64,000 nucleotides of DNA. Source: Bilabrum cf. latius. Taxonomy: Eukaryota. Shown piece by piece: positions 12,648-26,600 of this stretch. Position numbers and translations under genes: made by a program. The notes below the pieces were generated by a model. It ran no database searches and was not told the origin of the DNA. It saw only the letters and a list, made by a program, of their open reading frames with translations. Position 1 is the first letter of the stretch. Each line of letters starts with the position of its first letter. The stretch covers positions 372,001 through 436,000 of the forward strand of contig OZ237761.1 in assembly GCA_965178125.1 (NCBI GenBank). The letters run 5' to 3'.

Positions 12648-13054
12648 GCGTGGAGGTGTGGTGGCTACAAAGCCGCATGTAGCCTGTCAGTTTGCTTTCT
12701 AGTTCCTTGACCAGAACACGATTCTTGTCGCGGATTAGTTGTAGTTGTTTCGCGTAGAAAATCGGCCGGAACTGAAGAATATTGTTCGCTCAAGCAACGC
12801 TCGCCCGAGCGACGAGCGGCCGCAGAGCAGCAAGCTCGCGGCTCGGTAGCGGGGCGTGGCAGGAGCGTTTCGATTCCAAACCATTCAGAAAAATACCGCA
12901 AAGCAATCGGAAGAGCCAGCCGCCCCGCACCTAGGGCGCGACGATGCTCCAGCCAGCGCTGGTGGCCTGCATGCATCGCGCGCGCAGCTAGTGGCGGACA
13001 GCAGCCAGCTCCGCACCGCTCTGAGGAAACCAAGTCGCTCCCCAAACAGAACGC

Positions 13055-14658
13055 TCAGAAGTCCTTGCCCTCAAAGATGGTGTTGACCATCACCTGGGCT
13101 GCCTCGGGCTGATCCCGGGGAACCATGTGGCCTGCGTTAAACACCCGCAGGAAGGTCAGGCCCTGGTAGGTGCGCGCCTCGCCGTAGGCCTGCTTGGCGC
13201 CCTCTGGCTGCCACTTGTGGGGCGTCTGCGCGTTGAACTGATCGTGACCCTCCCACTTGAGAGCCAGGGTCCAGGCCTGCACGCCCAGCCAGTTCACGAT
13301 GAAGTCCATGTCGCCGGCGTACACGACCACGCGCACGCCGCTGGAGAGGAGCGCAGGCACCTTCCACTGCTGGTCCTTCATCCAGTCGCTCGAGAACCCG
13401 GCGTTGACCTGGTAGTTGCAGCTCTCCCACTTGCGGTTCACGCCGAGGTCAGATTGCACCGAGGCGGCGTTCAGGAAGTCCGTGGCGTACGAAAAGTCGT
13501 AGCACAGGGGGGGCACCTGGCACTTGATGCGGATGTCGTAGGGGTTGTAGCCGGACTCTTCATAGGGCCCGAACAGGGCGTTGTTGCAGTACTCCTGGGC
13601 GTCGGAGCACTCTCCCGTGTTGCTCTGGCACTCCTGGATGAGCTGGTTGCACCTGGGCTGGGCTGCGTTCATCTGCTCGTACTGCTAGAGGCTGACCCTG
13701 GGCTCGCCCACGGCCTTGATGCTGTAGTTGTAGGCCAGCTCCTGGTAGTACCCGTCGTACTGTGCCACCGGGTCCGTAAGACCGTTGCCGATGCCGATGC
13801 CAGCGAGGCTAATGTTGGTCTTGCCGGCCACGTTGCTCTCATGGATGGCGTAGGCGAAGGAAGGCACGTAATGGCCGGCGTACGACTCGCCGAAAATGTA
13901 CAGGGGCCTGCCCTGGTATTCGGTGTGGTCGTCCAGGAACTGCACGATGAATCGGAGCAGGTCAGCGGCCACCTGCGTCTCGTTGTGGTCCCAGCCCGCG
14001 GGCGAGTCGGAGTGGCTGAAGCCGGATCCCACGGGGTTGTCGATCCAGATGAATGCGCTCTCCTCGTTCCAGCTGTAGGGGTTCTTGGTGGTGGTCCTGC
14101 CGTCCTTGTTGAAGGTGCATGGGCCATTCTCAGTGCCCAAAGCGAGCATGCTGCGAAGAAATAAAAGGGGTTTGGTGCAGAAGGTGCCATAGCCGGCAGC
14201 GAATGAATGTGGTGGGAGAGACAGGCCACCAGCCTCACGAGGAGCATCCGGGTCCACCCTGCGGTAGCATTTGGAATCGGGAACCAAAGAGGAGGATTTA
14301 TCGGACGAATAAAGCATAGTCATCTATCCGTGCGCGGGCAAGACTTGTCTCACGGTGAGCCAGACAGACAGGGGACCAGTCGCGGAATTTTGGCGCGCTG
14401 GAAACCACCAGGCGAACATCTCCTTATCGAAGGACTCGCCGGGCGCGTCCACGTCATAGTAAACGGCGTAGCTCTCTTGGTCACCGCACAGCGTTGCTGC
14501 AAGGGATTGGGAAGAATTGTGAGCTGATTGCTGCGGTTGTGTGTGGTGAACATTGTTCGATCACTAGGCAGGCATAATATCTCACGAGGAACTGCCTTTT
14601 CCTTTGCGAGCGATAGACCAATTGCAAGTGAAGCAATGGTGGCGATAGCGGTCTTCAT
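13055..14658 (-). CDS. Serine carboxypeptidase, peptidase S10 family, ~443 aa
   Basis: Exons 14658-14586, 14496-14354, 14258-14239 and 14150-13055 give a signal peptide, WLTGGPGCSS, ENGP, IDNPVGSGFS, GESYAG (Ser), AGDMDF (Asp) and AGHMVP (His). One in-frame TAG at 13685-13687 lies between the catalytic Ser and Asp/His; TGA stop. Confidence 0.95.
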
Positions 14659-14889
14659 GGTAGGGTTTAAAGCCAGGATGTGGCGCCCAAGGTACTTCAG
14701 GTTCGAAATCCGAGTTATTTAAATGTTGCGCGTACTTGGGGTAGAAGTTGCAGTTTTGGCAGTTGTCCCCCTGTATGCCCTGCGCAATCAGTATTCCAGC
14801 TAAAAGTGTACATATTCGCATTGTTTATTATACGTTCTAGCTTTTCGTTGGATACATTTACCTGAAGTAATTTGAAGCAGGCAAGTACC
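14659..14889. promoter_or_regulatory. Short AT-richer divergent intergenic region (putative bidirectional promoter)
   Basis: Lies between the head-to-head ATGs of the carboxypeptidase and LRR genes; visibly lower GC than the coding DNA. Confidence 0.45.
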
Positions 14890-17412
14890 ATGCCACTTAG
14901 AGTATGGTATGGGCATGGATGGACTTCCAAAGATCGGATGGACTCCTTCGATTGGTAGGATTCAGAATTTTGGGAGATCTCCAGCGATGAAGAAGAAGGC
15001 CGAATTGCGCCGAACCGGTGCGAATTAGAGGTAGAGTTTGAACCAGAATTCAGCACAGATACTGCCAGTATCAAGAGCGGTTGCTCAAGTCTTAGATTTG
15101 TGGACACTATCAGATTGGAGGGCCACACTATAGATCAGGACGCCATTCGACCTGTGCTCGAGGGCTTGCAAGCTGCGAGCTTGGCAGAGTTGCGTCACCT
15201 GCAAGCAGAGTCATTCTATGGTTTATACGCATCGGCGACCACGGCGCAGCTGTTTGGGCCTATTCTTGCCCAAGCGTCTGGTCTGCTATCACTTGGAATG
15301 GCGAGCGGCGCGACAAAGGCGTGCGAGCAAGCTGATGAGATAGAACGCAATCTGGCTGGCGGCCTCGCTGCCTGCAGGCTGCTGCACCCTGCATCGCAAC
15401 CGCACAGACTCGAGCTGTCAACTCGTGGTACGCATCAATCCGTATCTATCGCGAAAGCTGTGGGGCAGCTACCTCGATTGGATGAAGTGAAGCTTTCGGG
15501 CTACGACAGCTGCTCCCCTGCCGTCGCTGCCATGATCAGCGCTCCCACGTGCAGCATTCGAAGGCTCGTAGGGGACCAAGTCTTTGACAGCACCGAATCA
15601 GATGCTCCCGTGTGGCGTGCCGTGGCCTCCAACCGCAGCCTCCGATCGCTGAAGTGGGTGTATCCAAGCGCAGCCGACGTGGAAGCCATTGCGGCATTTG
15701 GAGACGCGATTGCTAGGAATACCGGCCTGCGAGAGCTCAGGCTGCTGGCACCACGCAAAGCGTCGCGGCCACTGCGCTATGGCAGCTGCTGTGAGGCGTT
15801 GTTGAGCGCAATGCGGGAAACCCCTGCCGCGCGCCTGGCTCTTCTCGAAATAGGTGAATGGCTGGATAGCCGAGACTAGAAATTCCTTCCGGAGCTGATT
15901 GCCTTTGGTAGGATCGATTGCGTGTAGCTTCGATCCAAATCTCGAATTTCGGGTATTCTCGGAGCAATCGCAAGTCGTAGTAGCGTACTGCGGGCCATCG
16001 AATTGGGATCCGTGTGTCGCTTTGGCGTAAATTCGGCGACCCTATCCAACGATGACATCATCACGCTCGGTCGGGCGCTGGAGCACAACGACAAGCTCGT
16101 AAGCTTCGATGGAGAATGCCCACATCTGCAGTACAGTGGGACGGCTGCACTGGCACAGGGTCTGGCAAAGAATCGGCGCCTCGAGATTCTCCGAATAGGA
16201 GGTGTGACGCTGACCAATCAAGGTCAGACTGCTCTGCTACGTGCTCTAGTTCACAACGATACACTGGTGCATCTGAGTATAGAGGGTAGTCGCACGGGCC
16301 ATCCCGACCCAGCAGTATTCGCGCAAATGCTAAGCACAAACAGGTCCCTCCAGCGGTTCCATTCCATCGGATGGGATGTGCAGTGCAACACTTTTTCCTC
16401 AGCGTCTCGAACGCTGATGGCTGCCCTGGCTCGAAACTAGGGAATACGTCGCATCACTATCGCGCTAGAAGGCTCGCGGATGAGTTTCGACATGGTGCCT
16501 CCATTTGTGTCGAATACTTCCACCTTGAGGGACCTCCGCATATCGGACGATTCTGGGCTGCTTGTTGGCAGTCTACCTAGCTGTCTGAGCTAGCTATGCG
16601 CGGTCGCTGGACTATGCAACACGCAGCTGAGCTCGATAGACTTCAATTTGGCTGACTTAGAGATCGATACTGATAACGAAGAATCTGGATCCGATGATCG
16701 ATTCGAACTGGATGACACCTACGTAGTAGGCACGGTGTACGAGAAGCGCATTCAGGGACTCAACGAGCTCATCGAGGACTGCAACGCACCGGTCAAGACT
16801 CAACATGTGGTTTCAGCATTGTGCACCAAGCAAGAACGCAACAAGGAATACATTATCGAGGCTACTGTGAATGAGGCTGCAGCCTATCGGCGTGTTTCGC
16901 AGCTGCTACCAAAGGCATATGCTAGGGATGCCTGCCTGATGCTGGGACAGCTCGTGCCGAGCTACTTTCATGGCTACTGCAGGCTGAACGTGTGGAGAAG
17001 GATGGCAAAGCTTCTCGACTCCAGCGGCATTTACCGCGCCGCCCTCACCCTCCTCACTGGTCACCTCAACAGCGTTAGGGGCACCCGAGGCGGCAAGTGG
17101 GTCGGAGCCGTGCAGCGGTGCAAGCGCATTTGTGAGGCAGTTTCGTGGCGAAGACGCGGGTAGCTAGCTGAATGGCGTCGTGCGTACGCAGCTAAACGGG
17201 ATGCTGCGCGCGTGTTCCAGGCGGCCAGCCAAGGCCGTCCTCTCGAGCTGGCCAAGCGACTGCGGCTGGGGCACCTGGCAGGCGGAGCCGAGGCGCAGGG
17301 TCTGGTAAATCGGGAGGGTAAGCAAGTGCAGTTGAGCGCTCTAGAGGCAGCGGAGGTAGGCGGACACGAAAAATGCGTGCAGGTCCTCCAATCGTACTTA
17401 GGCTAGGCATGA
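14890..17412 (+). CDS. Leucine-rich repeat (RNI-like) protein with a C-terminal ankyrin-like repeat, ~840 aa
   Basis: ORFs 15100, 16003, 16648 and 17212 are in one frame, joined by TAG only (7), from ATG 14890 to TGA 17410-17412. Repeats of the type AL..N..L..L.L (NRSLRSL, NTGLREL, NRRLEIL, NDTLVHL); C-terminal SALEAAEVGGHEKCVQVL. Confidence 0.85.
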
Positions 17413-17626
17413 GAAATTGTCAGGATTTCCGAGGAAAGGGGGGGTAAGGGGACTGGGCGCTGGCTCCACAGATCGGCACATGGCTGCTTGAACAACAACA
17501 CTAACAATAATTCTTGCCGAGCAGTCACAATTTACACCCATCTCGATGCGACGCACACCAATACCAGCATCACAGTTCCAAGCATTGCATCTGAGTGCCA
17601 AGCCTGGTGCACGAAGCAAGTCAACT

Positions 17627-20600
17627 TCACCCTCGCAGCCCTCCGGCCCACGCCGCCAGGCTGTGCGCCGGCGACTTGGATTCCTCCTGCTCAGCCACGC
17701 CAGGGCTCTTCTCCTTGCCTCTGTATAGGGACCTCTTTCGGGCCTCTTTCCTGCGATCGGGATCGAACCGCCCGGCCGTCTCTCGCTTGGCTGCCTCTTC
17801 CTGCAGCTGCTTGTCCTGCACTGGGCTCCCAGCCTCGGCCAAGCCTTGGGTCTGCCCGTCGACGGGGCTGGGCCTATCACCTTCCGCAGCCACCGCCATC
17901 ATGTCTCTTTTCGCTAATCGAAGCGCGGAGGCCGCCATGGCTGTGGCGGCTGCCTCTGTCCGCGCCCTCTCGCTTTCCTGCTCGGCGTGCCGTGACCGAA
18001 CCGCGTATCGAGCGACGGACCCGACAGAGCTCTCCACGGGCCCAGGAGATTCGTTTCTAATGTCACTGCCAGCGCTTCCTACTGAACGTGACCCAGCTGA
18101 CGATACGCTGAGCCTCCTGCCACCAAAGAGACCCTTTCCGTTCGCGCCAGCACCCATGCTTAACCTAAGCCCGGACCCAGCGCCACGATTTCCTTGAGCC
18201 CTGCTCCCACGATGCCGGTCCAGAGAGCCGGCTAGATCCACGCCCAGCATGGCCGCGGCGCCAGAGAGGAGACCCTCACCGCGCACCACCTGAGTACCCA
18301 TGGTAACGTCAGGAGACGTCAGCGCGGCCGCCTCTGCCGCAGCAGCGTACCTGCCCTCCCCTTGCAGCGGTGTCGATGGCATGAAATCGCTGAGAGGTCG
18401 CTCCCCAGTCCCAAGCTCCGCTGGAGCTAGCCCACCGTTCAAATCACGGGATGGAGGGGCATCGTTGCGTTCTTTATGGCCGACGTCGTGACGACTAGAT
18501 GATCCCTGAGAGTTGGATCCTCCCGGGGTGCTCGCCGCCTGAAGCATCGACTTCATCTGCTGCAAACCCCGGGTTCTCGAAGCCGAAGCTGAGAGACTGC
18601 CCGGTGGACTGGCATCATCCAGCCTCTAGAGTCCGCTCCTCGGCTGCTGGTCCCCCTCGCGATCCAAGAAAAGAGGGGCAGACTTGTTGGCCGACCTCAA
18701 GAATGCGACTTTTGCACTGAGCCCACCTCGGCGGCTGACGGTGGGAGAGCTTGTTGTAGCCACCGTCGGAGACGCAGGCTCACTGCTGTCCGATTCAGAG
18801 CTGAACGGTCTCCTCCTGCGGCTCGGGTGCGGCGTTGGCAGACGGGTGCTGGGCTGTCTCGGACGAGATGTGCTGACCTGAGGCTCGCTAGAGCCATCCG
18901 CGAACCGCACCCGACTGCTGCTGCCTCTGCTCGACTTGGTGCTGCCCGCATCGCTGCCCCTGCTACCGGCTCGCCTGCGCTTGGGCGGAGCAGGCTGTTC
19001 ACCAGGCTGGTCCCCGCTTCGGCTCTGGGCTGGACTGGACCCCGGCGATTGACTGACTTCTTGCGGGGCCTATGCCTGAGATTCGATAGGCGATTTCGAT
19101 CGCTCTTCACGCTGTTGTTTCTCCTGCCGCTTCTGCAGCTGCTGCTTACGGCGAGAGCGAAGGAGGAGGCTGTTCCCTGGCCGAGCGAAGCTCGCGCTGG
19201 AGAGTCCCCGTGCAGTGGCGAGCTCGGACGTGGACGGTCTAGTGCGGTTGAACACCGCGGCGGCCTGCTTCACGATACTGCCCTGCCTCGTGTCACATGA
19301 ATCTTGACGGTTGGAGCGCTCTTGTTCCCTGGTCATTGTCCGTGGCGTTTCAAGAGAAACAGAAGCAGTCGTTCGGTCGCTACCCCTTCCCAAGATCCTC
19401 CGAAGTCGAGAGTCGTCCCCGTCGGCACCAGCGGCGCTGTGCATCGTGTCAGCGCCGAACCTCCCGCTGGCACGAATGTCCTCATTCGTCTGATCCCCCC
19501 AAAGCATGCCTGCCCTCTAGCTTGCCGACCGCACGTGCTGCAGGTCCACAGTCCCTTCCTTGGCTGCTTCCACCTGCTCTGCGTTGAGGCCAAGCGGCCT
19601 GTAAGCAGCCCTGCTCAGGCTCAACCCGCCGAACAGACCACCGCCCGGCCAGTGACCTGCTTCTGCCCCTCCCCTCGTGCTCTCGCGCGCGACGGACGCA
19701 CCGGACATGAGTTCTGCGAGGGCATGGGTGCGACCGTCCCTCTGCGACCCCGCTCCGTGCAGCAAACTCGAGCGCGACGAGGCATCCTGCTGCATGGCCG
19801 CGTGCTTGGAGGCAGACGCGGCGATGGATCCCGTCATGTGGCGAGCGCTCGCGTCGTTCCCGCCGCGTGACTCCCTCCCTTCCCTTGCCGCTCTCTCGTC
19901 CACCTGCTTCGAATGCGGCGTGGCGCGCTGCTCGGTCCACACGGGGATTGGCTTGGGCAGGCTATGCATGGCGATGCTAGCCTCCGCCGCTTCGGAGTAC
20001 TTGCCCTGCACCAGCGCGGCCATGCGATCGGACTGGAGTCGGGGACCCTGCTCGGTGTTCCGGTGGGCAGCCGCCGCCACGAGCCGTTCCACCGGCTTCG
20101 AGGCGTCGTCACACCGCATCGCAATGGAAGCAGCGACCCTGACTTCGGATCGAACCAGCCCGCGCCTCCCGCCGGCCTTGATGTACTGCAGCATGCTGTC
20201 CTTAACCGTGGCCTTGCGGCGAGTCACGAGGTCGCGCTGCGCCTGGGCTTGTTCCTTGGCTCGCTGCACCCTACTCCTCTCTTTCTGAATCGCAGCAGCT
20301 GCCTGTGCGACTGCAGCCACTGCCTTCTCGACCGATGCCACCGTTGCCTCACAGGAGACAGCAGCGGCACCACCCTGCAGCTAACCTGCGGGAGGTCCCG
20401 GGGAATCACCAGCGACGGATGAGGCAGAGCTGATCGCACTGCGCGGGCTCGCTGCACCCGGTGAGGCAGCCACGCGACCTTGAGTAGCCATCGATTCCTT
20501 CTGTTCCTCCTTGGCCTGGCGCCTGGCTCTCTTTTTCTCGCGCCTGACTTGCGCGCGGGCTCGCCGGAGCGCCCTGTGTGCCTCACGTCTGGCCTTAGAT

Positions 20601-23600
20601 AAGGGGCTGGCATCATCGCTGCCCCCTGCAGCTGCATCACCCTCTTCAGCACCGCTATCCTAGCTACCGTCCTCCAGTGAGTCATCACCCTCGCTCCCTG
20701 ACGACTGGTTGCACTCGTGCCTGCCGCTCGCGTTGCCGCCAGCCACACCCGATGCCTCCATCTCGGCATCGCTCGCATCACCTGACTTGCACTCGTGGTT
20801 CCCACTGGAGCGGCCATAGCCCGGCCTGGCCACGCCCCCTCCAAACGAGCCACTGAGCTCTTCCCCTTCCTGCTCCTCTAGGGCGCGCATGGCCGCCCTG
20901 CCTCGCTCCAGTCGCCTGGCAGCCCTCCGGATCTTCCGGTCTGCCTCAGACCTCCGAAGGATCGTGCCGGTACGTGTACCTGCCAGCAAGACAGCATCTA
21001 ATGCTTTCAGTCGCCCCTCGGCGGTGGAGAGCAGCTCCTCGCCCTCCTCCAGCACGCGCCTGCGCTTTCTTGCGTCCCGCTGAGCCTCCCTCCTCTCCTC
21101 TAGCCGCTTCAGCTCCCGGCCCACAACGAGCTCAGCTGCCTCAACGGCACCTTGCAGCGCGTCTTTCGCCAGGGTCATGGCACCCTTAGCCTCTGCTAGC
21201 TCCATCGCGGCGTCATGTCCCACGGTGCGATCCCCCGAGAAACGAATCGCAGCGTCGTCCGCGTCTGCTGTGTTGGTCGGGCCGTTTGCGTCGGCACTGG
21301 CGCGACCCAACGATCCACTCAAGCTAGACTCGAGACGCTGGTGAGAAAAGCCGACAGCTCTCTTGTAGCTGCGTTCTATGGCCCGGTCGACTCGCTCAGC
21401 GGTCGACATTGCAAGCTGGTGCTTCGCCTCCGCCTCGCGAAGGACGTCGCCCACGGCCGTTGGTAGCGCAAGAAGGACCCGCTCTGCGTCGGTTGCGGCC
21501 GAGTCATCGCTTACGATTGAGTCCCCGGCCAATTGGGATCTATCCGGTGAGCGTCTGGCTTTGATACCGTTGCCGCGGTTCCCACCGGAGGGCTCTGCAG
21601 CTGCATGCGGGCTGGACTGGTCCCAACTTGACTTGGCCAGCCTCCTGACGGAAGGAAAGGGTGACTCCGTGGGGGTGCGCATGCTGGAGATTGCCCTTCT
21701 AAACCGTCTGCTTGGCGAGCCTGGAGACACACCACCCTGACCTGGAGCTCCCAACAGTGGCACGGGCCCGTCATCTAGTGCGCGCTATTCCGCAGCAGTC
21801 ATGACGCCGCTGGCGCTCTCACCGAAACTGATGGCGCTAGAGGGCCTGACCCCAAGCCCAGCTGCAGCCGCATCCTCTCCAATGCTCGAAGCAGAGAGGG
21901 CAGAGCTTGGTCGATCCACCTCGGAGAGTGCCTGCGCGGAAGCCATTGCCCGCATCATAATCTCGGCTTCAGCTGCTGCCGCCTCCTCTTCAGCCCCAGC
22001 CCGGCTGACCTGTTTCCATAGCCGAACCAGCGTCTCGCCATGCGTGTCGATGAGTGCCTTGGTCTCTCGAGCCACGGCGCGCTCCTCTGTGCGCTCCTGA
22101 CGCGCGTTAAGCGTGTTCTCCAGCACATGTTCCGCAGCCGCGACTCTCTGTAGGGTGGATTGCGCGGCACCGAGAGCCAGAGCGGGATTCGCCACGGCGC
22201 ACATGGACGAGGTGCGGTCGATGGACTCCTCCGCCTCCTCGATCGCAGACCGGAGCAGCACGCACCAGTGAAGCTCAGCCGCCTCCCGTCTCCGCAGCAC
22301 GGACGCAAGCCGCTGGTGCGCCTCGTCCAGCAGCTCAAGCCCCGCCGACCTCGCCTCAGCCTCTTCCTTCAGGCGAGCCCTCGCTTCCTCCGCCTCCTGC
22401 TCGCGCCGTTCCCGGGCCGCCGCAGCGGCCTCCTCACGGATGCGCTGGGCCTCTAGGATGCGCTCTTCTTCGCCCTTCACAGTGCGCTGCACCTCCTCTG
22501 CCCGACTGACTGCACGGCGGCCCAGCTGCTGCAGCTACTGTGCCGATAGCGGGGCAGTGCTCGCACGTCGGGAACTTTCTGCGCGTTTGGCAGGAGACGA
22601 CGACACGGAGCTAGCGGCGGCTCGACCATCTTCGTCCACCACGGTGATGGCAGATTCCACCATCTCCCTCGCCTCTGACACGGCAGCCAGTAGGGTGGGA
22701 ACAGCGGAACTGCCTTGCTCGGCCAATTGAGTCAGCACCACATCAGACGACTGCAGCCCGGCAGAAGCCGTGGCAAGGCCATGCATGACCGATTCTCGGA
22801 CTTCGATTCTGGACTCTTCCGCCTCCTTGGCCAGTTTGACCACCGCTTCCGCCTGGTCGATGGCCTCGCTAGCCACCTGTACCACGGCTCGCGCTGCTGC
22901 CACGTCGAAATCCCTTGCACTGCTGTGCTTGCCTGCCGCCGCCCCGCTCTCCGAGCCGGGCTCTGCTCCTGCCCTGCCGTGCCCAGTCAATGCCACGTTG
23001 GCGCGCTCTGCGGCTGCATGGGCCCGCATGAGCTAGTCGACGACCTTCTGTGATGATCTGATGGCGGGCAGTCCTACTTCCACTGCGGCCGTCAGTGCCG
23101 CCACCCTGCTGAGGATGGGGTGCAGGGCCGCTCGCAGGGACGATCTTTCGGTCTCAGCCGCGTCCATGTCGGCGCGCGCATCGCCGACTTCCTTGACGGC
23201 GTGCGAGGTGGCTGCCTCTGCCTCCACCACGGCCCTCTCCAGATCGGGCAGCTCCTTCCGCATGGTGACGGCCATCCTCTTCCGAGCTGCGGCGCACGCT
23301 GCCCTGCTCGCCTCGATCGCGTCGGCCACGGCCGGCATCGTGGAAATCGCTGCCTCGTGTGCGCTCTCCTCTGCACCCAGCAGCTCATCGGTTGCATCCG
23401 TTAGTCGGTCCACGAGCGAGTGCTGCAGCTTGAGATCTTTCGCGAGCGCGTCGACCTCGGACTCAGCGGCCTTGTGCGCGGAGCCTAGGGCAGTTTTGCA
23501 GCTTGCGACTAGTCGGTCGCAAACGTCTAGCAACTCCTGCGGACCGGCGATCGACTGCTTTTTTCGAATGGTATTGCGCGCGCTCGATCTCTTTCCTGAT

Positions 23601-26600
23601 TGCCCCACATTGCTGCCAGCCTCCTCTTCCTCCTCATCCTCCTCAACGATGGCATCGGGCACGCGCTACTGACCCAGCACGCTCTCAGCTTCAGAGCCTC
23701 TGCAAAGGAGCTGAATGGCTAGCCTAATTTCCTCAGCAGCGAGCTCCACGTGCCCAGTGGCACCAACGCCAGCATCAGCTGCTGCCTCCATGGTCTCGTG
23801 CACGTCAGACAGTGTGCGGATCTTCTTACCGCTGGATTCGGACCGCGACGGCATGGTAAGCACGATGGATGCACGAACAGACGCGCGGCGCTTCGAGGCG
23901 CCCTGCTGTGCCATCGGGCTTCCCCGAGTCGGAGTCAGCGAGCGACGGCGGGCGCCCCTGCCGCGTGTGATCGCACTATCTGTCGAAGTGATGCCAAGTG
24001 CATGCTGCTGAGCATCTGCAACGCCAGGCCACCCGCCATCGCCCGGTCGTTGCACTCCAGCTGGCACTAGCGTGTGGTAGGTGGACACGCGGCCGGCGAG
24101 GGTGACAACTTCATGGGCCATCGCCACAAGATCGCGAACTGCCTGAGCCCTGGCACGCTCCGCGCTCTCCCGAATCGTCCGCTCTTCCTTGACTGCTGTC
24201 CTTGCGCGATCCGCGAGGGTCACTGCTTTCTTGCAAGCTGCATCGGCTTCGCACCAGCTGCTGTAATACGCAGCGTCGTCATCATCGTTAATGGGCTGCT
24301 GCTACGAAAGGCTATGGCGGCTTTCTGCTTGCTGCAGCGCTTTCCTCGCTCGCTGCATGCTAGCCTCTGCTTCTTGCACAGCTGCCTGCGTGTCCCGACT
24401 CGCCGGTTGCTGACGATTTCCGCTGGAGGTACTACTGTGACCAGTGGAAATGGACTGACTCAGCTCCTCTTCTATGGCACTCAGAGCCTGCTCAGCGTTG
24501 ACGACGGCAGCCTTGCAGCCAGATTGTAGCTGTTCCACGTAGTTGCACCACGCCGCATACGCGCGGCACAGCGACACACAAGGCCCGTTCAGCTGGACCG
24601 CGGCCTCGCACGCCTTCAAGCCATTTTCCCAATCGTGATCGTGCGCTGATACGGCCGCACCAGCCGTAATCATCGCCTTCGCGTATCCCGCGAGGGCACG
24701 ATCCAGTGATGCCCTCGATACAAGGGGGGGGCGGGAGGCTTCTCGGGGCAGGCCGTCTCCAGTCGGTGCCGCCGCCCGAGCAGCCTCAGCTACACTAGCA
24801 ACTAGTCGCTGCGTCTCCAAGTACAGCGCTGCGGCAGTCATTTTGGAAGTCGAGATGGCATCTACGGCGCGTCGCGACTCGTCTGCATCCATACAGACCA
24901 CGGAGGGTGCGCGGACTGGAGCATCGTCCGCTGTCTACCGCTGCTCCTTTATGGCTGCCTGAGCAGCGGTAGCCACGTCTCGTGCTACGGGTGGCAGGGA
25001 TAGTCTCCTTCCTGCAGGTATTTCCCCTAGAGCCAGAGCAACTGGAGCCCACGCCCGACCCATCATCTCTGCCCCCCGCTCCGCTGCGTGCTCCCGCTTG
25101 TCGTGCAGGTCAGCAGCTGCCTGCAGCATTGGTTCGACCCCGTTCATCTTTTCCTCGCATTGCTGCGCCGCATTTGTACCTTTTAGGACCAGTGTCTCGA
25201 GGGGTGGCAATTTCTCCTTAAGCATGGCCTCTACAGCTGCTGCGGATGCTGCGTCAGATGACGAGGAACCTGCGGTCGCGAGGCCACGCAGCCCTCGGTC
25301 ATTGGCAGCCTGAAGGCTAGATCTGCCCTGTTCTGCCATTGTCTGCACTTCATCCAGGACTTGCAAGATGGGCTATGCTTCGTGTGTGTCGAGTCCAGCT
25401 CCTTGCACGTTCTATTGAAGGGCTGGAATTTGCTTGAGCACGTTGGAAAGTCGGGCGAGGCCCTGCTGGCACCTCGTGTCGCAACGCCGAGCGGCGATGC
25501 GGAGGCCCAGCACGCGCCTAGTTCTCCTTCCGCGCAGCAGACTCTGCAGCGCCACGATCGTCTTCCGAAAGGCATCGAACGCCCTTCTGGCCTTGATGGC
25601 CCTGTACCCTTCTCCGATCCTGTCGGCTGCCCGTCTGAGGCTAGCCCGCTGCACGCTGTCGAGCCGCGCCAGCACGTTCGCACGCATAAACACCTGGGTC
25701 TTGCCGACCCGGAAGTGTGCCTGTGCGACACCAGCACTGGCCACTGCTGGTCTTGCTAGGACGCCGTCGACGAGCGCCCGCACTGTAGACCGATCCATTG
25801 GGGCAGGGGAATCGCTCCCAGTAGCGGCTAAGCCGCTGACGAGCTTGGCGTGCCGCTTTCTTTCGGCTATCGGAAGCAGGTTGCGGAACCGCTACGCAAA
25901 CTTGATGTGCTGCATCCTGGTCGGAAAGCCAGCTCGCCGCATCTCAAGTGCAGCCATGACGCCCGCGTTGACGAGCTGGCTGAGCACGAGGGGGGCCTCG
26001 ATCACGCCAGGGCGCTGCGTCGAAGTCGACTTGATGCACCGCACGAAGCGCAGGTAAGTCGAGGAGACTGTCTGCGTCAGTCTTCCTATGTCCTGCCTGA
26101 ACCGCTGCGCCACAGTCTGCTGCAGCCCAGATTTCCTCCTCTGCTTTGCGGATCCCTCTCTCCTTGCCGCAGAGCTGCCCCGATGGCGCGGCGAGCTGGG
26201 CGCGCTATCAGCCGAGTCCTCCACGTCTTGCGCGATGCTTGAAGGGGTACCTCGGCCTCTCGAGCCACTAGCCTTGTCCTAGCCTGCCTGGAACAGTCCC
26301 GCCACGAACGCGTTGGAGCTGCCTGCCAGCAGCTGGCTCAGGCTAGAGTAGAGGGTGTCGCGATTCTTCTCCACGAAATCTTCGCACTCGTACACGATGG
26401 GCCCCGCGTAGTGTTTGACCACGAAGTTGCGATCGGTGCCCCTGTACTTCGTGGACGGGCCCGCGGGCTCGTAGTGCTTGTGCTTCGCGTGAGTCCTGTG
26501 AAGCTTGGCGGCTAGCGAGGCATCGCTGCCCTTGCCCAGCAGGCACTCCTCGTCGATCAGGTGGAAGATGCCGCGCACCGAGCGCTTCTCGATTAGGTCG

